A DNA stretch of 15,813 nt, from positions 1-15,813 of the forward strand of contig DASPSR010000032.1 in NCBI GenBank assembly GCA_035623825.1, written 5' to 3'. The position numbers and the translations under genes were made by a program. Under the pieces are notes generated by a model, which had not been told where the DNA came from, made no database searches, and saw only the letters and a program-made list of their open reading frames with translations. Below, one piece after another: positions 6,997 to 15,813 of the stretch. Source of the DNA: Nitrospirota bacterium (GTDB lineage Bacteria; Nitrospirota; UBA9217). Within the stretch, counting starts at the first letter, position 1, and each line of letters opens with the position of its first letter.

Positions 6997-8007
6997 TCAT
7001 CTTTTCGAATATTCTTTGCTCACTTCCGGAATAAGCTGCTTGTATTCATCGTACGGTATCTGAGAATGCCATTTCCCGGCGGCCATGCCGACCCCGATCA
7101 CCAGGTAGAACAGGACAATCAGGATCACCGGATAGAGATAGGGTTTTATGATATGTGCTCTTTTGGCCGTTCGAACAGAGAGGTCCAGCGCCCCCTCAGC
7201 GGGACAGTGACTGGCGCAAGTCATGCAGCCAAAGCACTCCTCTGATTTGATCACGTCCTTTTTCTCAACATCGATAAGTGTCGGACAGAGCCGGGTGCAC
7301 GCATGGCAGTGAATGCATTTTTCTTCGTTTCTCCGGATCTTGACGGGACTGAACCGACTCAGGAGGCCGAGGAGCGCGCCGTAGGGGCAGAGATACCGGC
7401 ACCAGAAGTTCTTATAGAGGAACGATAGCACCACGAGCGCGACGAGGATCCACAGGGTTAGGGTGGACATTTCGGTGAAAAATTTCATCATCCGCACGTC
7501 TACAACTTTATAGTAATCGGTTATGAAGAACAGGAGCATCATGTTCGGGGCCATGGCCACGCCGATCAGGAGAAGAAAGAGGGACAGCAGAATATATTTC
7601 AGGGACCGCAGGATGATGTCGGTGGTTTTCTCGATCGTGAAGTTCTTGCCCAAGATCTTTTCCCCGGCCATCCAGACGTATTGTGATAGCGTGCCGATGG
7701 GGCAGATCCAGCCGCAGAACCCCTTCTTCATCATCAGGGAAACGCCGAGGATCGCGACAAACAGGACAAAGCCCGAGGGATGCACCGGCTCAATGATGCC
7801 GGTGAAGAGAAAATACTTGAAAGCCATAAGCCCGCCGATGGGGAGAAAGGCGTCTACGGACGGCGGGCGCTGAACGAACGGATGTCCCGGCGCCTCAAAG
7901 TGCTGGACGAACTGATAAAAGCGATAGCCGATGGACAGGGCGAGCAAGAAGAACGCGAACTGCGCTGCATATCTCAGGGTCCTTATGTACTTCCTCTCAG
8001 GGTGCAT
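6997..8007 (-). CDS. Membrane-bound 4Fe-4S protein, NapH/MauN/YccM-like polyferredoxin (336 aa)
   Basis: Several TM helices, two CxxxCP motifs (FCGWICP, WCRYLCP) and two ferredoxin motifs (CIHCHACTRLCP, CFGCMTCASHCP). Confidence 0.9.
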   Translation of the reverse strand: MHPERKYIRTLRYAAQFAFFLLALSIGYRFYQFVQHFEAPGHPFVQRPPSVDAFLPIGGLMAFKYFLFTGIIEPVHPSGFVLFVAILGVSLMMKKGFCGWICPIGTLSQYVWMAGEKILGKNFTIEKTTDIILRSLKYILLSLFLLLIGVAMAPNMMLLFFITDYYKVVDVRMMKFFTEMSTLTLWILVALVVLSFLYKNFWCRYLCPYGALLGLLSRFSPVKIRRNEEKCIHCHACTRLCPTLIDVEKKDVIKSEECFGCMTCASHCPAEGALDLSVRTAKRAHIIKPYLYPVILIVLFYLVIGVGMAAGKWHSQIPYDEYKQLIPEVSKEYSKR

Positions 8008-8012
8008 GCCCT

Positions 8013-8055
8013 ATTATACACCATTGAGAACGGATCAGTATGATATTAATCATAC
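8013..8055 (-). promoter_or_regulatory. TATAAT -10 element plus an FNR/CRP-like palindrome upstream of the 4Fe-4S gene
   Basis: TATAAT (8018-8013) is 5 nt before ATG 8007. The palindrome GTATGAT-ATTA-ATCATAC at 8038-8055 has the core TGAT-N4-ATCA. Confidence 0.65.
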
Positions 8056-8101
8056 CCAGTCTGCACCATTACGAACTGCTCCGTCAACGGCACCCGCGGC
8101 A

Positions 8102-9028
8102 TCAAGAAAACCGTAATTGTCCCGCCAGAACCGCCCCCGTCTCGCGCAACGCCTTTCTCCCCTTGATCTCCCGGAGTGAGAGGGGCAGGAAAGCGACAGG
8201 CAGGCCTCCGGCCATCCTCTGGAGTTCAGCTGCATACTTCCCCTGGAGTTCCTGCATAGTCCTGGTCGAGTAGGAGTCTGCATGTTCAATGATCCGGTTT
8301 ATGACAATGCCGTATAGGTCGACCTGGTAATCTTCAATGGATTTGATGATTCTTCTCGCATGATTGACGACGAGCGCCTCGGGATTGGCGACAATAATGA
8401 AGGTCGTTTTATCATGGATGAATCGCGATATCCGCTCGGACAATTTTACCCATTCATCCATGGTCTCCGAAATGGACCGTTTGCCGATTATTTGTTTCCC
8501 GATTTTGTCCAGTCCCTCGAAGACCCTGGCTCCGGCCCTGAGGTGTTTCTTGATGAGCCGTGGCATGTCCAGAAGGTTCAGGGTCTCCCCCGCTGGGGCG
8601 GTGTCCCAGACCACGCGGTCATACTTTCCCGTATCGACTATATCGACGATGAAATCGAGCATGGTCTCTTCGCGCAGGGATGGCGCCGAGCCGATGTAGT
8701 CAATCAGCTGGTGTTGCGAGTCGGCGTCCAGCGACTTGATGTCGATCAGCTGGGAGAGAATATCGTAGAAATCGTGGCTGAATCTCTCCTTCCATCTCGA
8801 AACGATCGTTTCCTGTCCGATCTCGACGGCGAAGAGATTCTCATCAATGTTTCTTACGCAGTCCCCTATCGGTTCTTCAAAAATATCGGACAGCGATGGT
8901 GTCATGTCAGACGTAATAATGATCGACTTCTGCCCGTGGGAAGCGAACCAGGACGCCATGGCAGCGGAGCACGTTGTCTTCCCTACACCGCCTTTCCCGC
9001 CGAACAGCATGATAGGCTTATTCGTCAT
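8102..9028 (-). CDS. ArsA/GET3-family single-domain ATPase
   Basis: Deviant Walker A GGKGGVGKTT, SLSDIF, the DTAP signature and IVINR. ATG 9028 preferred; TTG 9040 is the alternative start. Confidence 0.88.
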   Translation of the reverse strand: MTNKPIMLFGGKGGVGKTTCSAAMASWFASHGQKSIIITSDMTPSLSDIFEEPIGDCVRNIDENLFAVEIGQETIVSRWKERFSHDFYDILSQLIDIKSLDADSQHQLIDYIGSAPSLREETMLDFIVDIVDTGKYDRVVWDTAPAGETLNLLDMPRLIKKHLRAGARVFEGLDKIGKQIIGKRSISETMDEWVKLSERISRFIHDKTTFIIVANPEALVVNHARRIIKSIEDYQVDLYGIVINRIIEHADSYSTRTMQELQGKYAAELQRMAGGLPVAFLPLSLREIKGRKALRETGAVLAGQLRFS

Positions 9029-9071
9029 ATCGTTTGGCAACCCTTCATGTGCATTCGAGGGTGGTCATGCA

Positions 9072-10211
9072 TCAGTGGGGCTTCCGCACCAACTCGATTA
9101 CCGTAACCTCAGGTGGAGAAAGGAACCTGATCGGCGGCCCCCACGTGCCGGTTCCCCGGCTGACATAGAGAATCGCCCCGTTCGAAAGATCGAACCTGCC
9201 GGCATTCAAAGGATACGCAATTGCGCTGATATAGGTGAAAGGGAATATCTGTCCCTTGTGTGTATGGCCGGAAAGCTGGAGGTCGAACAGTCTGGGTCCA
9301 TTCGGGTTCGCGACAGGCCGGTGTTTCAAGAGGAGCGTGAATTGATCTTTCGGCAGGCCTGACAGAAGAGCTGATTCCGATTCGGGTTTATCAATATGCA
9401 TCTGCTCGCCCGTGGGATCGTCCACTCCCGCGATGTTGATCACGCCGGTATTGACGACTTTGCCGCGGAGAAGAGTAAATCCCGCCTCTTCGGTGAACGC
9501 CGTCGCCTGCTTAAGCCCTGCGTAGTATTCGTGGTTTCCGGTGATGGCGAATTTACCATACCGCGGCTTTATCTCCTGTAACAGCTCCCTGAGGCCCGAA
9601 AGATGATTGATCTGGGCATCCACCAGGTCGCCGGTGGAGACAAAGATATCTGGTTTTGCCGCCTTTACCACATCGAGAATGCCCGCAAGCCGGTCGCACC
9701 GTACGATCAGCCCGAGATGCACATCCGATATCTGGACGATTGTGAGCCTGTCCGTGCCAGCTGGAAGCTTAGTTGTTTCGATCCTGAGCCGTTCAGTGCG
9801 GATGTTCAGCGCTTCAAAATAACCGTACACGCATATGGCAAGGGAGAGGCTTGTACTTATAAAGAAAACCGTCTTCGCGGGAATGAGAAGCCTGGCAAGC
9901 TCAGGGTTCGTCACCCAGCTTGCGATGCGAACGACAAGGCTGGCAAGGTCAAGGAAGATCGAACAGCAGAAGAAGAGGAACAGTGCCGCCATCCAGAGAT
10001 AGGCTATATAGGAAAGAGCCCGGGCTGAAATCTCGAAGTCGTTCCTCTCGAGCAGTCGGATAAAGAAAGGCGCGAGCGTCATGATGACCATGAACGCGCC
10101 GAGCGCGGTACCCGTTACCGGTCCGAACGCAACAGCGCTCCGTGCGCGGGAAAATGCATATGCGTGCATTCCGCCGTAGACTATGAAGATGGTCAGAAAA
10201 AAAAGGCTCAT
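9072..10211 (-). CDS. Membrane-anchored metallophosphoesterase (calcineurin-like, YkuE/YaeI type; 379 aa)
   Basis: About four N-terminal TM helices, then motifs SDVHLG, GDLVD, GNHE, LKHRP, SGHTHKGQ and YVSRGTG. Confidence 0.93.
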   Translation of the reverse strand: MSLFFLTIFIVYGGMHAYAFSRARSAVAFGPVTGTALGAFMVIMTLAPFFIRLLERNDFEISARALSYIAYLWMAALFLFFCCSIFLDLASLVVRIASWVTNPELARLLIPAKTVFFISTSLSLAICVYGYFEALNIRTERLRIETTKLPAGTDRLTIVQISDVHLGLIVRCDRLAGILDVVKAAKPDIFVSTGDLVDAQINHLSGLRELLQEIKPRYGKFAITGNHEYYAGLKQATAFTEEAGFTLLRGKVVNTGVINIAGVDDPTGEQMHIDKPESESALLSGLPKDQFTLLLKHRPVANPNGPRLFDLQLSGHTHKGQIFPFTYISAIAYPLNAGRFDLSNGAILYVSRGTGTWGPPIRFLSPPEVTVIELVRKPH

Positions 10212-10402
10212 CTGCTGAAGCTCGTCCCCATGCCTTCTGCCATTCTGACGAGTTCTCCCTCGGGATCAACAAGCCTGAGGCTCGCGATCGACTGGCCGCG
10301 TGGCACCGATTTTAATTCAGTCGGCTGGAACGACACCATCTCGTCGAACTTCTTCTGTGCGATGAGTTCCACGGCCGCAGTGCCGCATCCCGTCAGGCAG
10401 TC
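10208..10402 (-). pseudogene. C-terminal remnant of a 6-phosphofructokinase (PfkA-family) gene
   Basis: GTAAVELIAQKKFDEMVSFQPTELKSVPRGQSIASLRLVDPEGELVRMAEGMGTSFSR* resembles PFK C-termini of the form (R)FGxxAVxLI...F..MV....I..VP....I...K.VDP.GELV..A...G.SF, recognised by eye. The upstream ~300 codons are absent. Its stop overlaps the next ATG (ATGA). Confidence 0.7.
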
Positions 10403-10486
10403 GGGAATAGTGACACATAAGAACACTCCGGAAAAGAGACAAGGCCCGTGTATGGACTCCGGTCCCGGCACCCTTGCTCCTGCCGG

Positions 10487-11332
10487 CTATATTCCCAGAA
10501 GCCTTGCTCCGCCAGTGGTCGCAATAGCGATCACCGCGGCATGCGGAATTCCGGCTTGCTCAAGGTATCTCAGCTCCGCACCATAGGCGCGTTCGTAATC
10601 CGGCGCGGGCAGTACATAATCCGTTCCAACTGCAAGTAGAACACCGACCGCATGTGCCCGCCCGACCATTGCAAGATGCGACCGGACCAGTCCATCGACG
10701 AAGTGCCGGACGTCTTGTGCTGCCGATTTTCCGGATTCGGCCCCCGCTGCTCGGGCGATCGCACCCACCGTAGGTGTCCAGAAAATTCCATGTTGTGCGA
10801 GCGCATCAAGCGCCCGCTCCGTCATGAAAAAACCGTGTTCGATGGAGCGGACACGGGCTCTGGCACAGGAAACAATTGCCTCTTCGCCGTTTGCGTGGGC
10901 CATGACGTCGAGGCCCTGTCTCCGCGCTTCGTCGACAATAAACCGGATCTCATGAATCGCAAAACCTCCGGCCGTCAGGGTTCCCCTCTCCTTCAAGCTT
11001 ATTATGCCGGAGGCCATGACTTTTATTATATCAGCTCCTGCGTTCTTGAGCTTGAGGATTTCTGCTCTGATTTCTTCCCGTGTCTCAACGGACACTCCGA
11101 AGCGGGCTCCGTAACCGCCTTTTTTGTGGAGCGCCCATCCGCACGAGATCACGAGGGGAAGCTGGGCCCCTGCCTTCTCGGTTCTGCTCCAGCATTCCCT
11201 GTTGTCACGGAACCCGCCATCGCGGACCGCCACGATGCCGGCTGCGGCAACCACCTGAAGCCCCGCCGGATCTTTGATATGCACGTGTGCATCTACCAAG
11301 CCGGCCGCTTTTGCTGTTTTCTTGACACGCAT
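10487..11332 (-). CDS. Amidohydrolase-superfamily metal-dependent hydrolase (compact form)
   Basis: GLVDAHVH (HxH), IKVMASG (Lys usually carboxylated), MAHANG, SIEHG and VGTD. ATG 11332 after GGTGGA preferred; TTG 11371 is the alternative. Confidence 0.85.
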   Translation of the reverse strand: MRVKKTAKAAGLVDAHVHIKDPAGLQVVAAAGIVAVRDGGFRDNRECWSRTEKAGAQLPLVISCGWALHKKGGYGARFGVSVETREEIRAEILKLKNAGADIIKVMASGIISLKERGTLTAGGFAIHEIRFIVDEARRQGLDVMAHANGEEAIVSCARARVRSIEHGFFMTERALDALAQHGIFWTPTVGAIARAAGAESGKSAAQDVRHFVDGLVRSHLAMVGRAHAVGVLLAVGTDYVLPAPDYERAYGAELRYLEQAGIPHAAVIAIATTGGARLLGI

Positions 11333-11373
11333 ATCGTCCACCGGAACCGTGTTACAAGAAAATACTGTCAAAC

Positions 11374-11408
11374 GAACAAGGCGGCCCGGGACCCGGGCCG
11401 CCTTGTTC
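11374..11408 (-). terminator. Intrinsic terminator after rubredoxin
   Basis: Perfect 17-bp inverted repeat GAACAAGGCGGCCCGGG-A-CCCGGGCCGCCTTGTTC. On the minus strand the stem runs into TTGTTCGTTT, 20 nt after the rubredoxin stop. Confidence 0.85.
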
Positions 11409-11428
11409 AGTTTGCCTTACCTCAAAGG

Positions 11429-11557
11429 TTACATCCTCACAAACGCGTCTTTCGGCGCATTACATACCGGGCATGCCCAGCTGTCGGGAAGGTCTTCGAA
11501 CTTCGTCCCCTCTTTTGCCTCATCATACACATAGCCGCATATGGTGCATCTCCACAT
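11429..11557 (-). CDS. Rubredoxin, short form (42 aa)
   Basis: [42 protein letters not shown] has two CxxC motifs and the conserved aromatics. An AAGGAG RBS before ATG 11557 shows the 85-aa ORF call is over-extended. Confidence 0.96.
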   Translation of the reverse strand: MWRCTICGYVYDEAKEGTKFEDLPDSWACPVCNAPKDAFVRM

Positions 11558-11673
11558 CGTCGTCTCCTTAAAAATTAATTTAGCCGTAACAGTGGGTTGA
11601 CGTTTCCGCTCACGTGCCGGAGGAAGCCCTGACGCGTTCATACCGGATTCGACTGGTCCGCTCAGGATCGCAC

Positions 11674-12921
11674 CTACGACCGGCACGGGCCTGACTGCCC
11701 GCCACTGAACTTCTTGTGGTATTCAATCGTCTTTTCCGCGAACTGTTTGCCGAATTCAAAGCATATTTTGTCGTCTTCCGCACCCGGGCGGTAGAGGACC
11801 TGGACTCCGGGCTCAACCGCATCGAGCCCCATCTTCTTGAATGCCTCGTACGCCTCTTTTACTGCTCCGCCACCCCAGCCGTAGCTTCCAAAAGCGCCGG
11901 TTAAGCGATTCTTGGGACGGAGACCACGCAAGTGCGTCAGGAACTCGGCGACCGTGGGGAACATGATGTTATTGAGCGTGGGCGTCCCGACAAGCATGGC
12001 CCGCGACTCCCAGACCCGCTTAATGGCTACGCTCATAGGGGTTGACCTGAGCTTGAGCACTTCCGCGTCAACGCCGGCGGCCTTAATCCCCTCCATGATC
12101 GGTATTGTCATGTGTTCGGTACTGTGCCACATGGTGTCGTAGACGATCACAACTCGGAGATCAGCCTTGTCGTTCGCCATGTCAAGGTACATCTGTAGGA
12201 TCTTGCCGGGATCCCTCTTCCAGATGATGCCGTGGTCCGGCGCAATCATGTCGATCTCGAGGCCGAGCTTGTGGATCTCTTCGATCTTTGCCTTGACGAG
12301 GGTGCCGAAGGGCATCAGGATGTTTGCGTAGTAGTCGCGCACCGCATGTTCAAGGTTCGCGACCGAATACTGGTCACAGTACTCATCGTCGAACCGGGCA
12401 GACGTAGCGAGATGCTGGCCAAAGGCGTCCTGGCTGATCAGCAACTTGTCCTCCTTCACATAGCTCATCATGGAGTCAGGCCAGTGAAGCATCGGCGTTT
12501 CGAGAAACGTGATTGTCTTCGAGCCGGTACTGAGGGTCTGTCCCGTCTTGACGATCTTGAATGTCCACCGTGAGGTCTCGAAGAAACGGTCGAGGGCCTT
12601 CTTGCCCCGTTCCGTGATGTAGATCGTGGCCTGGGGGGCAAGCTCCATAATGCGGTCAAGGCTCGAAGCATGGTCATTCTCGATGTGGTTGATCACGACG
12701 TTCTCGATCTTCCCGGGATCCACGAGGCTGCGGATGTTGTCGATCGTGTATTCAAAGAAATCATGCTTTACCGTGTCCACGAGCGTCACGTGCTTGTCGA
12801 GTATGAGGTAGTTATTATATGATGTACCGTTCGGCGTGATATACCCGTGAAAGTCGCGGACAGCCCAGTCGATTGCTCCGATCCAGTAGATGCCTGGCTT
12901 GATCTCTACTGCACCCATCAT
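11674..12921 (-). CDS. fprA: Class A flavodiiron protein (FprA / rubredoxin:oxygen or NO oxidoreductase)
   Basis: Metallo-beta-lactamase-like diiron ligands (NHIENDH, LHWPD, QDAFG, PDHG) plus a flavodoxin domain ([25 protein letters not shown]). GGAGG RBS; the start may be the second ATG at 12918. Confidence 0.96.
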   Translation of the reverse strand: MMGAVEIKPGIYWIGAIDWAVRDFHGYITPNGTSYNNYLILDKHVTLVDTVKHDFFEYTIDNIRSLVDPGKIENVVINHIENDHASSLDRIMELAPQATIYITERGKKALDRFFETSRWTFKIVKTGQTLSTGSKTITFLETPMLHWPDSMMSYVKEDKLLISQDAFGQHLATSARFDDEYCDQYSVANLEHAVRDYYANILMPFGTLVKAKIEEIHKLGLEIDMIAPDHGIIWKRDPGKILQMYLDMANDKADLRVVIVYDTMWHSTEHMTIPIMEGIKAAGVDAEVLKLRSTPMSVAIKRVWESRAMLVGTPTLNNIMFPTVAEFLTHLRGLRPKNRLTGAFGSYGWGGGAVKEAYEAFKKMGLDAVEPGVQVLYRPGAEDDKICFEFGKQFAEKTIEYHKKFSGGQSGPCRS

Positions 12922-12980
12922 AACCTCCCGTTTGCTAATTATTGTGCGGGTATCGCGGTCCTAGTGAAACGTTGCGCAGA

Positions 12981-13391
12981 TTAGCACTTTTTCCTGCAGG
13001 CGGAACAGTGTCCGTAAAATTCGACATGGTTGCCGAAAACGGAAAATTTCTTTTCAATGCACTTAGGCTTGCCTACGGGGACATCTTCAAAAACATCTAT
13101 GATTTTTCTGCATTTGAGACAGATAAGATGATGATGCGGTTCGGTGTTGGGATCGTACCGCTTCCGCTCCGCATCGATGGTGAGCTCCCGCACGGTTCCC
13201 GCCTGCGCAAGGGCATTCAGGGTGTTGTAGACGGTGGCAAAGGAGAGGGGAAAATCCTTCTTCGTCACAGCCCGGTACACATCCTCAGCGGAAGGATGGA
13301 GCGTGTTTCCCTCGAGATAGTTGAGGATGGCGAGCCGTTGTGGAGTCCGCTTGAACCCTTTGCCGAATCCCTTTTTCAGCGCTTGTTTCAT
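12981..13391 (-). CDS. perR: Fur-family transcriptional repressor, PerR-like (136 aa)
   Basis: TPQRLAIL, HPSAE, SFATVYNTL, RYD, HHHLIC, IID and two CxxC Zn sites. The H/D/H/H/D ligand pattern is PerR-type, and the gene heads an fprA-rubredoxin unit. Confidence 0.85.
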   Translation of the reverse strand: MKQALKKGFGKGFKRTPQRLAILNYLEGNTLHPSAEDVYRAVTKKDFPLSFATVYNTLNALAQAGTVRELTIDAERKRYDPNTEPHHHLICLKCRKIIDVFEDVPVGKPKCIEKKFSVFGNHVEFYGHCSACRKKC

Positions 13392-13410
13392 GACTCTATA
13401 ATTTGGAATA

Positions 13411-13439
13411 AATATAATTTAAGAACAGTGCTCTGTCAA
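13411..13439 (-). promoter_or_regulatory. Sigma70-type promoter of the perR-fprA-rubredoxin unit
   Basis: TTGACA (13439-13434), 17 nt, TATATT (13416-13411), followed by an AT-rich stretch up to the ATG. Confidence 0.8.
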
Positions 13440-13507
13440 GAGATTTTCCAATGCCGGTAGATGCTGTTTCCTGTGGATAACGCGGATTAAAAGCCTGCCA
13501 TGTATGA

Positions 13508-13543
13508 CAAAAACGAAAAGGCAGGCCCCTGCGGGACTGCCTC
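13508..13543 (-). terminator. Intrinsic terminator of the atp operon
   Basis: Minus strand AGGCAGTCCC-GCA-GGGGCCTGCCT followed by TTTCGTTTTT, ~30 nt after the atpC stop. Confidence 0.8.
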
Positions 13544-13572
13544 TCCATAGTGTCCATTTTGCCTATGGACAT

Positions 13573-13998
13573 TTACTTCTGACCAAGCTTCTCTGCCACC
13601 TGTATCCTGATCATGGCCCTGAGCAGGTCAACACGCGCTTTTTCGTAGTCTTTCTGTTCCAGTTTTTCCGAGAGCAGTTTCTCGGCTCGCTCCTTCGCAA
13701 GCCGCGCTTCATCAAGATCGATCTCGGATGCGCGGTCTGCTCCTTCAGCCAGAATGATGACCCGGTTCGGCCCCACCTCGGCATAGCCCCAATCGACCGC
13801 CAGATGGTGCCAGGCCGTCCCCTCACGGTAGGAGAGCATACCCACCTTGAGTGTGGTCAAGAAAGGCGTGTGTCCTGGTAAAACTCCGAACTCTCCCTCG
13901 CTCCCTGGGGCAATTACTTCATCCACATGCTCCGAGCGGACCACCTGGCGGCTCGGTGCAACTATCTCGAGGAGCATTTTCCCTTTTTCAGCAACCAT
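13573..13998 (-). CDS. atpC: F1Fo ATP synthase epsilon subunit
   Basis: LEIVAP, PGSEGEFGVLPGHTP and GYAEV...VIILA, with a C-terminal helical hairpin. Follows atpD. ATG 13998 preferred over TTG 14025. Confidence 0.96.
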   Translation of the reverse strand: MVAEKGKMLLEIVAPSRQVVRSEHVDEVIAPGSEGEFGVLPGHTPFLTTLKVGMLSYREGTAWHHLAVDWGYAEVGPNRVIILAEGADRASEIDLDEARLAKERAEKLLSEKLEQKDYEKARVDLLRAMIRIQVAEKLGQK

Positions 13999-14060
13999 TT
14001 TCTTCTTCCAATCCTCAGCGGTCAATTTGCACGTCTCACGAGAACTGTCTGACTATCGGT

Positions 14061-15536
<1,476 letters not shown>

Positions 15537-15557
15537 CTATTACCAACTTCAAAAAAT

Positions 15558-15813
15558 TTATTTTAAGGCTTCCGCGCCGCCCACGATCTCGGAGATTTCT
15601 TTGGTGATCGCGGCCTGCCGCTGCTTGTTGAATTTGAGGGTCAGACGTTCTATCATGTCCTTGGCGTTGCGGGTAGCGGAATCCATGGCGGTCATCCGGG
15701 CTCCCATTTCGCTCGCCTGGCTCTCAAGCATCGCGCGGAACACCTGCACCTCGATATGCTTCGGCAGGATGGAGCCGAGAATCGATTCCGCCGAGGGTTC
15801 GTAGAGATAATCG
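15558..15813 (-). CDS. atpG: F1Fo ATP synthase gamma subunit (3' part; begins outside the window)
   Basis: The frame is open to the window edge: [50 protein letters not shown]...[20 protein letters not shown]. Confidence 0.98.
   Translation of the reverse strand, partial: DYLYEPSAESILGSILPKHIEVQVFRAMLESQASEMGARMTAMDSATRNAKDMIERLTLKFNKQRQAAITKEISEIVGGAEALK

Noticed and set aside
6844-7245. 133-aa ORF starting right after the AcsE-like stop
   Set aside because: It runs through a hairpin-rich spacer, overlaps the 4Fe-4S gene antisense, and has no protein-like features.
10403-10471. N-terminal part of the 87-aa ORF as a real protein start
   Set aside because: No convincing RBS or similarity; only the C-terminal ~60 aa are recognisable (pfk remnant).
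11558-11686. 43-aa N-terminal extension on rubredoxin
   Set aside because: It overlaps the fprA end and spans the real RBS (AAGGAG) before ATG 11557.

Overview
Chromosomal segment from what is probably an anaerobic or microaerophilic diderm bacterium (inferred from an exported porin-like gene, FprA/rubredoxin and an AcsE-like gene; the lineage cannot be fixed from the sequence). Right to left on the minus strand: the end of the F1Fo ATP synthase operon (partial atpG, atpD, atpC); a perR-like/fprA/rubredoxin oxidative-stress unit; an amidohydrolase; a C-terminal phosphofructokinase remnant; a membrane metallophosphoesterase; an ArsA/GET3-family ATPase; and a NapH/YccM-like 4Fe-4S membrane protein that appears to be leaderless behind an FNR/CRP-like box. 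One plus-strand gene encodes a divergent AcsE-like pterin-binding protein. The most unusual part is the Kdp K+ pump locus (1-5772). Its order is kdpF, a second small membrane peptide, kdpA, kdpC, kdpB, then a secreted porin-like gene. KdpC is 337 aa with a ~140-aa internally repetitive insertion, KdpA has three expanded loops and altered pore-region residues, and there are scars suggesting that a kdpA/kdpC cassette replaced an ancestral kdpA. Several small genes (kdpF, the second peptide, the porin N-terminus) are missing from the supplied ORF track, and the rubredoxin appears there only with an over-extended start. No RNA genes, CRISPR arrays or mobile elements were seen.
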